A stretch of 64,000 nt of DNA from a virus. The translations under genes were made by a program, and so were the position numbers. The stretch lies in the IMG/VR virus record IMGVR_UViG_3300045988_052780; one strand, written 5' to 3'. This document shows, one piece after another, positions 50,153-60,110 of the stretch. Under the pieces are notes generated by a model, which worked only from the letters and a program-made list of their open reading frames with translations, was not told the origin of the DNA and made no database searches. Within the stretch, counting starts at the first letter, position 1; each line of letters starts with the position of its first letter.

Positions 50153-53104
50153 GATATTGATAAAGCCTACGTAATGGGTTATGACTTTGATACTAATGGT
50201 AATTATATAGGATGGTCTCCATACTTCAATTTCAATTCTATAGAAGCTCTTAGAATGTCTGAAAGACTACCTACTCCTAATGGTAAACTATATGCATATA
50301 GTCATGCTCCTGGAGCTGTAGATATTACTAATTACGTGGAAATGCTTAATGAGGAGAATTTCTATAACCCAGAATCTCTACCAATCATAGCTGAGTTACT
50401 TACTGTAATTGATGATACTAACTTAGTAAGTTATACTGGGTCGGACACTAAGAATGCTGATTTTATTCTAAGCAGAATAAATAACCATTCTATGTACATG
50501 ACTGAAGAACGTGATGAGAACGGTAGAAGAGTAAAGAATGGTCGTCAGAAGATAAGAGCTATTAATACTTTGCCTGCATTTAGAAACTCTGTATCGGCTA
50601 GTATTAGTAACATTATTCAAGACCTAAAGAATATGACTCAGGCATATTCTCCAATTGAAATGGGAGATCCTCAAGCTGCTGCTGAGAATTCTACTTCTGG
50701 TAAGGAAGCTAACAAAATTACTCTTATGTCTCCTTCTGCTAAATGGGTAATGCAGATGCAGAATATGGATGGTAAACAGGTAATTGGTATTGCAGCTGTT
50801 GGTGAGAAAGTATTCTTTGCTAACTGTTATTATTTTAATGAAGGCATTAGAAGTGGAGATTCTAAGTGGATGAACAACATGTTCTTCTCTAATGTTTATA
50901 AAGGTATTCAGAGCAAGGTGTCAGAGGATGGCAAAATAATTACTGTAGATACCCTCAGAAACATAATGGCCAACATTAACTTTACTGATTTAGCTCCAGA
51001 GAAGAATTATTGGGAGAACCTAATTAGGACTGCTACTGAGCAACAATTAACTCAAGAAGATGTTTCTAGAGTTATTCAAGAGCAATTAGGAGTACAACCT
51101 GACCAATCATTGGTTATCTCAGCTTTACTATCTGCTGCAACCGATAATGCCAAGGAGTTGATTCTATCTAAAATTAATGCTGGTCCTAATCTAGCTGGTA
51201 TGTATTTACATATGATTATGTTAGGATTCAGTTTTAATGATATAGCAAAGAATCTAATGACTACACCTACAGTGCAGACGGTTAATGACTTGATGAAGGT
51301 TAACGTATTTGATGAATATCACGAAACAGCATCTGTTAACTCAGTAATTAGGTCATTAGAAGAAGGTCCTAATATTAGAAACTATTTAAATAATGACGGA
51401 CTGAAGGGATTATATGCTAGAGTGTCTGTTGATAATCCTGGAATGTTTGCCAAGAGAGGTGAGTGGATTCAAGAAATTAAAGATAGATTTGCTAATAATG
51501 GTAGCATCGAAGACATATTCCCTGCTAAGAACTTTAGAGAATTTAGATTCCTAGAGGAATATGAATACTTGTTGAAGATGAAGAGAAGGATAGATCCGGA
51601 CAAATTCACTGAATTTAAGAATATTAATTTTGATGCAAGAGAGACTGAACTTCTTGGTAGATTCTACGGGTTAAATCAAGGTATGCCAACTGATATTGCA
51701 GGTAAAATGGCAATGTTGAATACTTATGAATCAGCTATTACTAATAGGGAGCGTAAGTATCTAACTAGCAGTAATGGGTTTAATGTTGATGAACTAATTG
51801 TTAATGTATTGAAAGAGAAGCCATATTTAGAAGAAACTGCGGTCAGAAATATAGTTAAAGATGCGGTGTCTCAGAATATAGTAAATGGAGGTTTTAGTAT
51901 TAGAAAGTTCTTAGATCCAGTCAATAATGGCTACAGACAGACTACAATTGATTACTATAATATTATTAAGGGAACTTGGAACATATTTGACATGATTACT
52001 AAAATTCCTCATTTCAAAGCACTGTTTGATATTTATAATCTTACTGATACTTCTGACATAAATATAAGCACTAAGTTTAATCTGGTAAATTCCTACAGAG
52101 AAGCCCTTATTAAAGAGAATCCAGTTTACGGTAGAGCTGTTAAAAAGGAGCAATTAGCCGCATTAGCATCTCATACTGATAACGTTCTAATTAATAATTG
52201 GCTTACACGTAGAAACGTAGTATTTAGATTGGAAGAAGGGCAGGAATACATAGGATCCGACATGACTATACACTCAGCTGGTCCTGGTGGAGAAGTATTT
52301 AATTTGTCTACTAATGAGGGAATTGCTAACTTTAAAATGTGGATGGAAAGAGAGGTAATTCCTGCATTAAAGAACGGAGTTGTAGGTAATAAAAGAGTAA
52401 GATCCTTACTTATTAATAGCTTCATACAGGGATTAAGTAGAAACAGAAGATTAGATCCATTTACTAGATCTAATGTAACTTATATGAAGTTGCCAATTAA
52501 TATGTTAAGTACTGAAACAGATCCAGTATTTAGTAGATACCAAAGAGACTTTGCTGCTCTTAAGAAGATAGAACTTCAAGGAGTATCTTTAACAGATTGG
52601 TTCTTTTTGTATAATCTAGTAGTTAATAAGAATCAGTACGGTGCTGACAGATTAACTTCCCTATTTAATACAATAGATGGAGTTGATGTTAGTGATATGT
52701 TAACTGACTTTCATAATTATGTAGGTAACGCTGACTACTGGCTTGATGTTAACATGGACTCATTCTCACTGGAGGATGCCCTTATTAGGATGGCACCTAT
52801 AGTAAGTGAGAGTTCTAAAGGTAGAGCTAGGGATAAATACATTAGAATTAAAGACGATGATACAGGTAGATTATTTCTATATATGAGAAGCGGAGATGAC
52901 TACTATATGGTAGATGAAGTACCAAATATGGAAGATGAGGATTCATTAAGGTTACGTGACAATTACTTCGTAATAAATACTCCTAACCAGAGTAACAGAA
53001 TGAAGGAATTAGTAATTAACTTTTCCGAATCACTTAATACCTTAATAGGTAAGATCAAAAGTCTAATGAGACGTAATACTATACAAATGAGAATCAAGTG
53101 TTAA
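50153..53104 (+). CDS. Exon 2 (983 codons) of the intron-split giant gene
   Basis: Reading from 50153 is in frame with the ORF-track ATG at 50174 (GAT ATT GAT AAA GCC TAC GTA ATG...). An upstream stop at 50147-49 means the frame opens only at the predicted 3' splice site. Joining 49078 to 50153 gives the continuous junction ...WLQGSDY|DIDKAYVMGYDFDTNGN... with no stop. The fused product is about 3240 aa. Confidence 0.55.
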   Translation, partial: DIDKAYVMGYDFDTNGNYIGWSPYFNFNSIEALRMSERLPTPNGKLYAYSHAPGAVDITNYVEMLNEENFYNPESLPIIAELLTVIDDTNLVSYTGSDTKNADFILSRINNHSMYMTEERDENGRRVKNGRQKIRAINTLPAFRNSVSASISNIIQDLKNMTQAYSPIEMGDPQAAAENSTSGKEANKITLMSPSAKWVMQMQNMDGKQVIGIAAVGEKVFFANCYYFNEGIRSGDSKWMNNMFFSNVYKGIQSKVSEDGKIITVDTLRNIMANINFTDLAPEKNYWENLIRTATEQQLTQEDVSRVIQEQLGVQPDQSLVISALLSAATDNAKELILSKINAGPNLAGMYLHMIMLGFSFNDIAKNLMTTPTVQTVNDLMKVNVFDEYHETASVNSVIRSLEEGPNIRNYLNNDGLKGLYARVSVDNPGMFAKRGEWIQEIKDRFANNGSIEDIFPAKNFREFRFLEEYEYLLKMKRRIDPDKFTEFKNINFDARETELLGRFYGLNQGMPTDIAGKMAMLNTYESAITNRERKYLTSSNGFNVDELIVNVLKEKPYLEETAVRNIVKDAVSQNIVNGGFSIRKFLDPVNNGYRQTTIDYYNIIKGTWNIFDMITKIPHFKALFDIYNLTDTSDINISTKFNLVNSYREALIKENPVYGRAVKKEQLAALASHTDNVLINNWLTRRNVVFRLEEGQEYIGSDMTIHSAGPGGEVFNLSTNEGIANFKMWMEREVIPALKNGVVGNKRVRSLLINSFIQGLSRNRRLDPFTRSNVTYMKLPINMLSTETDPVFSRYQRDFAALKKIELQGVSLTDWFFLYNLVVNKNQYGADRLTSLFNTIDGVDVSDMLTDFHNYVGNADYWLDVNMDSFSLEDALIRMAPIVSESSKGRARDKYIRIKDDDTGRLFLYMRSGDDYYMVDEVPNMEDEDSLRLRDNYFVINTPNQSNRMKELVINFSESLNTLIGKIKSLMRRNTIQMRIKC

Positions 53105-53105
53105 T

Positions 53106-55535
53106 ATGAGTTGCTCAGTTGAAATTATAATAAATTCTAACAAAGGGGCTTCCAGCGTAATCAAGCTGGAGGTTCCCGATGCTAGTGAAATGTCTTTAGA
53201 GGATGCAGTAGGTGCTCTAATGGGTAATAAAGAAGCATATGATGAGTTTATTGCTGCCGTTAACTCTGGAGGATTTCCTCTAGCTAACTTTAATATTAAT
53301 AGTAATAGACAAGGATTTACATTACCTTCTGGTAATTACAATCTAAATACTATTAGAAATGAGTTTGACACACCTAATATAAGATATCTTGTAGATGCTT
53401 TACAGAAAGAAGGAGTTGATTTAAACGCCTATAACATCTTACTTACTGATGCTAAATTCAGTGTAAATTGGAATAGTAATTACGGAATATTTAATTATCA
53501 AGGTAATTCATTAGCAGTGATTAAACCTACTCCAGATCATATAGAGACACATTTAAAACAATTATATGTATCATCTTTAATGGATAAAGCTCCCAAAGAA
53601 GTTGTAGATGGATTATACTCTAATATAGCTACAGCAGCTAAAATACTAGCCACTGACCCCACTACATCTAGAAGAGCTATGATTACGTTAAGTAAAATAG
53701 GCTATTCAGATGGTAAATTTGTCGCCAGTAAGTCTAATGTTGTCTCTGCATTTACTCATTATTTCTATTCTAGTGCTTCATTAAGTGACGCTTTATATAA
53801 GACAGGATTAATTGGAACCTTTAATAAAATATTTAATGATTTAATAGGTGCTCCAGAGCAAGAGTCCATCAGTTATGATAACCCATCTGCTCAGGCCTTA
53901 ATAGATAGAGCTAAAATATCTGGAAAGTATCTCAAAATATCTAGACAAGATATAGAGTCCTTTATGGAGAATCACGGTTATGGTGAGGCAACTGAAGATA
54001 ATATAGTGTCTGCTATTCAAGACATTAATAACAATATACATAATGGTAAGTTTATAGACATAGCATATATTAGTGATAGTGGATTGTTATTAAGAAACAC
54101 TGTCAAGAAACCTGTATTTGATAAATCTATTGTTAATACAGAATACACTGGAGATATCGTAGATTATATAGAGAACTATAATGGGTATAATATAATCAGA
54201 TATAATAATAAGTACTATATTAGTGATAAATTAATAACTACTGCTGATAATATACATACCTCTGGTGTAGACAATTTAAAACATGCTAAAAACCTGATTA
54301 CACTACAGCTAAATAGACCTATTAACTTTGAATCAGTAGCAACTAGTATTAAGAAGAAATCTGGAGACAAAGTTAACATATCTTCTAGTTCTAAGTTGGA
54401 AATAGGAGATAGATTTAGTGTATTAGATATTACATTAGATGATAAAATAAATCTATATAATGACAAGAAGCTTATTAAGTCTATAACATTTAATAACTTC
54501 GTGTCTGAAATGATGAAGAAGCCACAATACAATAAAATATTAACATCACTAAATGAACAAGGAATTAACATTCAATCTATATTAGATACTCCGGAGAAAG
54601 TAGCGACGTTCTTCTTACTTAAGAACCAACTTAGAGATCCAGAGACCCATAATGCCTTATATAATAATAAGGTTCCTAGTATGCTTACCCCGGACAAATT
54701 AAATTATGAAACTGAGCTTATTACTAAGGCGTTAAATATAATCGAAAATGCTAGTGAATCAGTGTATGAAGTAGTTGCAGCAGCTGGGGATAAATATAAC
54801 TTACAGAAGCTTCAAATGAGCACTAACGTTCCAGTTCATAAGAAGGTGCCAAGGTCATTTAAAAGTGAAATGGTAGAAATAGCCAATCATCTTGGAAAGA
54901 ATTATGGTATTAAAATTAATGTAGTTACAGCCAGAGAATTAGCAGATTCTTTTAAGGGTGTAATACCCAATGTAGGTAGAACTAATGCATTTATTTATAA
55001 TGGAGAAATATATTTAAATGTAGACAGAGCAACAACTGCTGATTCATTACATGAATTTGCACATCTTATTATGGGTTCCATTAAGAGGACTAATTCAGAT
55101 TTATATTACGGATTAGTAAACCAAGTGGAGCAACTTTCTGATTATGATGATAAAGTACAAGCATTTAGGAATATAGGAGACAGTAGAGCAGTTACAGACT
55201 TAAATGAAGAAATATTTGTTACAGAGTTTGGTAATTACTTTAGTAAGATTGCAGACACGTGGTTTGAAGGTAAGGAAACTGACTTGGATGCCCTGGGAGA
55301 ACTATTTAAAGCCAAAACTCAAAACACATTCCAAACTTCGGAAGACATTAAAGATGAGAAATTAGGTAAATTACTTAACATGAGCATAGATGATATAATG
55401 TCAGAATTTGGTAGTGCTTTAGTTAATAAGGACTTTAGAGAAGGTTTTGATATGGATATGGCATCTGAATCTCGTGTAATTACTAATCTAATAGAAAGAA
55501 TGATTAAAAGTGGTAATTTAAAGGAGGATTGTTAA
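53106..55535 (+). CDS. Large virion protein (809 aa), possibly a further cargo/RNAP-associated subunit
   Basis: ATG placed 1 nt after the upstream stop. The stop overlaps the next start. It contains one HExxH (SLHEFAHLIMGS), which is not significant on its own. Confidence 0.45.
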   Translation: MSCSVEIIINSNKGASSVIKLEVPDASEMSLEDAVGALMGNKEAYDEFIAAVNSGGFPLANFNINSNRQGFTLPSGNYNLNTIRNEFDTPNIRYLVDALQKEGVDLNAYNILLTDAKFSVNWNSNYGIFNYQGNSLAVIKPTPDHIETHLKQLYVSSLMDKAPKEVVDGLYSNIATAAKILATDPTTSRRAMITLSKIGYSDGKFVASKSNVVSAFTHYFYSSASLSDALYKTGLIGTFNKIFNDLIGAPEQESISYDNPSAQALIDRAKISGKYLKISRQDIESFMENHGYGEATEDNIVSAIQDINNNIHNGKFIDIAYISDSGLLLRNTVKKPVFDKSIVNTEYTGDIVDYIENYNGYNIIRYNNKYYISDKLITTADNIHTSGVDNLKHAKNLITLQLNRPINFESVATSIKKKSGDKVNISSSSKLEIGDRFSVLDITLDDKINLYNDKKLIKSITFNNFVSEMMKKPQYNKILTSLNEQGINIQSILDTPEKVATFFLLKNQLRDPETHNALYNNKVPSMLTPDKLNYETELITKALNIIENASESVYEVVAAAGDKYNLQKLQMSTNVPVHKKVPRSFKSEMVEIANHLGKNYGIKINVVTARELADSFKGVIPNVGRTNAFIYNGEIYLNVDRATTADSLHEFAHLIMGSIKRTNSDLYYGLVNQVEQLSDYDDKVQAFRNIGDSRAVTDLNEEIFVTEFGNYFSKIADTWFEGKETDLDALGELFKAKTQNTFQTSEDIKDEKLGKLLNMSIDDIMSEFGSALVNKDFREGFDMDMASESRVITNLIERMIKSGNLKEDC

Positions 55536-58500
55536 TGGCTTGTACATACAGTTTAAATATAAATGGTCAAATACAGCAATTTAACGATTATGCTGAATTG
55601 TTTGACTTCTTAATAGGACATAAGAACCAAATTGAAATGGGACTTATATCAGATATTGTGTTTAGCCAAGACACTAAGCAGTCCGAAATGGTAGCTAAGT
55701 TAAGATCTATTAAAGCTACCGCTAAACTCAACAGCAACGGAGTAGACCCTGTATCTGGTGATATTGTGTACAAAGCAGAAGGTTCTAACATGTCAGTTAC
55801 AGATTTCTTAGAAACTGCTACTATTACCAAAGATTCTAAAGAAACTTTCTTAGGACAGCCGTTCAGTATTAAGAATTGGAGAAATAATACTATAAATGAA
55901 TTGGTATCCAAGGGTATGACTCATGCTGAAGCTGAAGAGCAGGTTAATAATATTATGGAAATGTGGGAGAGGATAGCAGATACTGGCGCTGAATTACATG
56001 CTGTTTTAGGTGATTACTTTGCCGGTCATATGTCATTAGAAGAGCTTATAGATAAGTATGCTGGAGTATTTAGTGAACAAGCTGTCAGGAGTATATACAA
56101 GAATATGGCATCTTTTAAAGATGAAATCTATAAGGCACATGGACAGGACGCTAAACTACTGCCTCAATTTACTATAGATTCTAAAACATTGGATGGAGTT
56201 AATATAATAGGTTCTATAGATTTGGTAGTGATAGGTGAGGATGGTCAACCGCATTTATATGTCTTCAAAAGTTCTGCAAAGTTGTCTGATAGGTGGGATG
56301 CTGCTAAGCAAACTAAGTATGATTACCAGTTAGCTTTCTATAGACAAATGTTAGCTTCCAAAGGTATTCCTGCTGCTAATATGGAACTGAATATAGTACC
56401 TATGCATCTGGAAGGGCTAGAGGATGGGGAATTAACTGGAGTTAGCTTCGAAGGAGTGCAAGACAGAACTAAAGATTCTGGAGGCACCATTAATAGACTA
56501 GCTTGGGGAGTAGGTGAATTTTATAATAATGTGAGTTATGCAATTCCAGTAAGACTTACCGATGAAACTATAGGGGAATCTATTAGAGATAATGTACTAG
56601 ATACTCTTAGTAAGTTTATACCTAATCCTAAGATTAAATCAATTAGAGAGCAAATTGATGTAGATGCTTTTATTGCAAATCATGTTTATGATTCTCCGAA
56701 TCCCTCTGAGGGCAGATGGTATTTTAAAGATTTCTACAGTAAAGGAAAGCCTATCTATATCAAAGAAGATTCACCTAAAGAGAAGAATGCGGAACTTAGA
56801 GTAGAAGTAGAGAAATACCTAAATAAGATGGTTAAGAATCATAGACTTAAGACTAACAAATTTATCTATGATCTTAAAAGAGCCATTGATGGTAAAATTC
56901 CGTTGGAGGATGTGAGTCCTACTACTGGATATACTACTAATGCCTTTGTAGTAACTACATTCCAGAAATATGTTAACGATCCAGGATGGGAATTAGTAAA
57001 TATAGAAGCACTAAAACAATTAGGAATTGTAGCTATTAGTAATACTATTACCAAACAAATTGATTTTATTGCATTAAGCCATCATGATTTACATACTGAA
57101 CTTAAGCTATCTTTAGGAACTACAATGTTAGGAGAACATGAAAAGGACGCATATGCTCTTAATAACAAAATGATATTATTGGCAACTAATGGCAATATTG
57201 AGTTAATGAAGATAATGGCTGCCATTAATGAGATTCCTAATGCATTAACTGATGTATTTAAAATAGGAGACATTAAGGTAATTAATACAGAAGACTCTAA
57301 AGCTACCACTGCTACTTCAAGACAGATAAAGGAAACATTTAATCTGTTAGCCAAAGCAGCTAAAGTTAATAATAATATTAACAAATTGTCCTTTATGGAT
57401 GAATTGGATGTTATTAAGAATGAGTTCCTAGCTTTGATGAACAGACCTAATGGTAAACTTACTAATAGTTTGTCTAGAGATATAGAGGCTTTATCTAAGG
57501 AATTATTCAACATTAATACCGTAAATAAGAATGAGATAGCCAATAGACTAATAGCCCTAGCTAGAAGGATGGAGAATGGAGAACGTCTTGGTAAGATAGT
57601 TGGAGGTTCTCTAGAATCTATAGCTAATGAATCTTCTAACACTGGAATAGAAAGACTATACAAGTCAATATTACAGGCTATAGCTTATTATAAAGGATTA
57701 GACTTCCTTCAACCTAAAGAGATTTCTAGATATACACAGAAAGGAACTCCTTTATCTGGAGGTATGATAACTAATCCGGATTTATTTCCAGAGGATAACT
57801 TACGCCAAATTACTCTTGCTGTGAGAGGTGCATTTGATAACGTTACTAGAGAAATGACTCCTTATCATGAGAAATTCCTTACCGGATATGTAAAACCCTT
57901 ATGGAAAGATAAAGGTTACAGTAATGCCAGAAACATTGTTATAGGAGATCAGGTTAAGCTGTATAATAATTTCTTTAGAAGGAATTCTGACGGAAGTCTT
58001 AATAATAAGATGTTATTTGTAGATCCTTATGATAGCAGTACTCCACTTACTTCAGAGGAAAGACGATTCTTAAAGCAAGCACTGTGGCTTATAAACCAAG
58101 AAAGATTCCCTAATATCAGAAGCTTGTCTGAAGATAGCGAGACGGTAAAGCAACTTAAGAAGACCGAGAAGTGGTTCTGGGTTCCTCTTATGGAAGCCAA
58201 TAATCAGATTCTACAAATGGGAATTAGTAAGTGGATTAACCAAGAAGTAAAGGACGTAACTGGAAGATTTAAGGATTATTGGAATAGATCCCAAAACGAT
58301 GCTTATAGTGATAGGGAGTATAGTGACAAACAGAAAGTAATTACTAGGTACGAAATGTACAATAGATTTAATTTATCAGAAGCCAGTGAGGAAGCTAGAG
58401 ACGCCTTATTAGCTGAATATAAACCAGATTTCTGGGAACGTAACATAGAGACCCTAGTAACTACTTATAAGTTTGCATCAGCTAGAAAGGAACAATTGGA

Positions 58501-60109
58501 TATTATATTACCTGCAATTAAGGGAATAAAGATGTCATTATTAGGATATGCTAAGTCTACGGATACAGATTTATCAGTCCTTAATGAGACTTTGGACAAC
58601 TATTTAAAGGTAGCAGTATTTAACCAATCTATTATTAGTGAAGAAGGCCGTCAAGCTTTTGAATATCTTAACCCTATTAAAAGACTAGCATCTTTTGGAC
58701 TACTTGCATTTAACGTTACTGGGGGTGTTCGTGATATGATTAATGGTATGTGGAAGCAGTCATCTCTAGCCTTTAGTAAAATGTACTATACTGATGAGAA
58801 GTTCACTAGAAAGGATTTGGCCCAAGCTATGGCATTAGTAACCAAAGAAGGGCCAGATATGCTTAGTAGGACTACTAAGATTGAGGCTATTAATAATATG
58901 ATTAGACTAGCTAATATAGATATGCAAGTTCTAAATAAACGGCTTATTAGTAACAAATCTGGATTAGCTAATATGTCTAGGCATGCTTATCAGTTAACTA
59001 CTGCCCCGGATTATTTCCATCGTATGACCATATTTGTAGCTCAATGCTTACATGATGGTACATGGGATGCATTAGAAATGACTGATGAGGGCATTAAATA
59101 TAATTGGAAGAAAGATAAGCGTCTAGCAGTATATGCTTCTGGTAATAAGAGTAATCCTGAATACAATAAGCAAAGAGGACTTTATTTATCTATAATGGAA
59201 GCCTATAATAGAGACAATGGATTAAATCTAAAAGAAGGAGATGATTTACCATTTGCCTATACTAAAGATGAAGTATTGGCTGCTAAAACCTTGTCAGATC
59301 TTATTTATGGACACTATGACCAGGAAAGTAGAGCTTTGGCTGAGAAGACATTTATGGGAGCATTATTCGGACAGTTTAAAACCTATTTATCTGCAACTAG
59401 AAATGCCTATTTACTTAAACCCAAGAATTATAATTTAGCTGGAAGAGTTCAAGCTAAGAATGACAATGGTGATTTATTATGGTATAAAGATGAGGTGGAC
59501 GAGAACGGTAATTCTATAGTAATAGTCACTACTGAGAACACTGGAGTTCCTGCTACTATTAATGAGGACAGATATCTAGAAGGTATTTATTATACTATTA
59601 AAGACTGCTTTAGGGCTTTACATGAAGGTGGATTCTCAGAATTTAGAGATAGTATCTGGAATGAAGAGACCGGTGTAAAGAAAGCAAATTTAAAGAGATT
59701 AGCTCATGATATGTTCTTATGGATGATACTTGGAACTATAGGTAAATACCTTATTGAACTATGGGGAGAGACTAGAGAGGAAGATAGAGATCCTTTAAAT
59801 CCTAACATGTCTCAAGCCATGAGAGATACTGTATTTAGCCTATTTGAAAGAGGTTACAACAGTTCATACGGAGATATAGCTCCCTGGAGTGTGTTGCTAG
59901 GACTTATTAAAAATTCAGAACCTGTATCTATAGGATACTTAAGTACATTCTTTAATAATACTTATGAGTTTGCATTTGGTGATAAATCTCTATCATCTTA
60001 TCTCACAGGAACTACTGGACTTGGTAGAACATTTAAAGGAATGACTACAGAACTTAATAATATGTCCAAACTTGCAGCAGATGCAATAGAGGAAGATACA
60101 GCACAGTAA
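55535..60109 (+). CDS. Giant virion protein (1526 aa), the last gene of the virion strand, a possible cargo/RNAP-associated subunit
   Basis: The ORF-track start at 55529 is a TTG. The first ATG is 55535, overlapping the upstream stop as TAATG, and it is preceded by AAGGAGG. The ORF is uninterrupted to 60109 and is followed by the bidirectional terminator. Confidence 0.5.
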   Translation: MACTYSLNINGQIQQFNDYAELFDFLIGHKNQIEMGLISDIVFSQDTKQSEMVAKLRSIKATAKLNSNGVDPVSGDIVYKAEGSNMSVTDFLETATITKDSKETFLGQPFSIKNWRNNTINELVSKGMTHAEAEEQVNNIMEMWERIADTGAELHAVLGDYFAGHMSLEELIDKYAGVFSEQAVRSIYKNMASFKDEIYKAHGQDAKLLPQFTIDSKTLDGVNIIGSIDLVVIGEDGQPHLYVFKSSAKLSDRWDAAKQTKYDYQLAFYRQMLASKGIPAANMELNIVPMHLEGLEDGELTGVSFEGVQDRTKDSGGTINRLAWGVGEFYNNVSYAIPVRLTDETIGESIRDNVLDTLSKFIPNPKIKSIREQIDVDAFIANHVYDSPNPSEGRWYFKDFYSKGKPIYIKEDSPKEKNAELRVEVEKYLNKMVKNHRLKTNKFIYDLKRAIDGKIPLEDVSPTTGYTTNAFVVTTFQKYVNDPGWELVNIEALKQLGIVAISNTITKQIDFIALSHHDLHTELKLSLGTTMLGEHEKDAYALNNKMILLATNGNIELMKIMAAINEIPNALTDVFKIGDIKVINTEDSKATTATSRQIKETFNLLAKAAKVNNNINKLSFMDELDVIKNEFLALMNRPNGKLTNSLSRDIEALSKELFNINTVNKNEIANRLIALARRMENGERLGKIVGGSLESIANESSNTGIERLYKSILQAIAYYKGLDFLQPKEISRYTQKGTPLSGGMITNPDLFPEDNLRQITLAVRGAFDNVTREMTPYHEKFLTGYVKPLWKDKGYSNARNIVIGDQVKLYNNFFRRNSDGSLNNKMLFVDPYDSSTPLTSEERRFLKQALWLINQERFPNIRSLSEDSETVKQLKKTEKWFWVPLMEANNQILQMGISKWINQEVKDVTGRFKDYWNRSQNDAYSDREYSDKQKVITRYEMYNRFNLSEASEEARDALLAEYKPDFWERNIETLVTTYKFASARKEQLDIILPAIKGIKMSLLGYAKSTDTDLSVLNETLDNYLKVAVFNQSIISEEGRQAFEYLNPIKRLASFGLLAFNVTGGVRDMINGMWKQSSLAFSKMYYTDEKFTRKDLAQAMALVTKEGPDMLSRTTKIEAINNMIRLANIDMQVLNKRLISNKSGLANMSRHAYQLTTAPDYFHRMTIFVAQCLHDGTWDALEMTDEGIKYNWKKDKRLAVYASGNKSNPEYNKQRGLYLSIMEAYNRDNGLNLKEGDDLPFAYTKDEVLAAKTLSDLIYGHYDQESRALAEKTFMGALFGQFKTYLSATRNAYLLKPKNYNLAGRVQAKNDNGDLLWYKDEVDENGNSIVIVTTENTGVPATINEDRYLEGIYYTIKDCFRALHEGGFSEFRDSIWNEETGVKKANLKRLAHDMFLWMILGTIGKYLIELWGETREEDRDPLNPNMSQAMRDTVFSLFERGYNSSYGDIAPWSVLLGLIKNSEPVSIGYLSTFFNNTYEFAFGDKSLSSYLTGTTGLGRTFKGMTTELNNMSKLAADAIEEDTAQ

Positions 60110-60110
60110 T

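Noticed and set aside
42308-53104. The ORF-track interpretation of a 2257-aa gene, an independent homing endonuclease gene and an independent 976-aa gene starting at ATG 50174
   Set aside because: The apparent stop of the first ORF is the first triplet of a group I intron with clear P1/P10 guide pairing. The frame of the downstream ORF opens exactly at the predicted 3' splice site. The two large ORFs are better explained as exons of one gene.
55080-55100. HExxH (LHEFAHLIM) in the 809-aa protein as a zincin metalloprotease active site
   Set aside because: A 5-residue motif is expected about once by chance in ~14,000 residues of giant proteins. No convincing third ligand or flanking metzincin/gluzincin context is evident. 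It is kept only as a note.
55521-55537. Canonical AAGGAGG Shine-Dalgarno sequence 7 nt upstream of the 1526-aa gene
   Set aside because: Essentially no other gene in the window has an SD, as expected for a Bacteroidetes phage. This hexamer also encodes the upstream protein's C-terminus (LKEDC) and is most likely coincidental.
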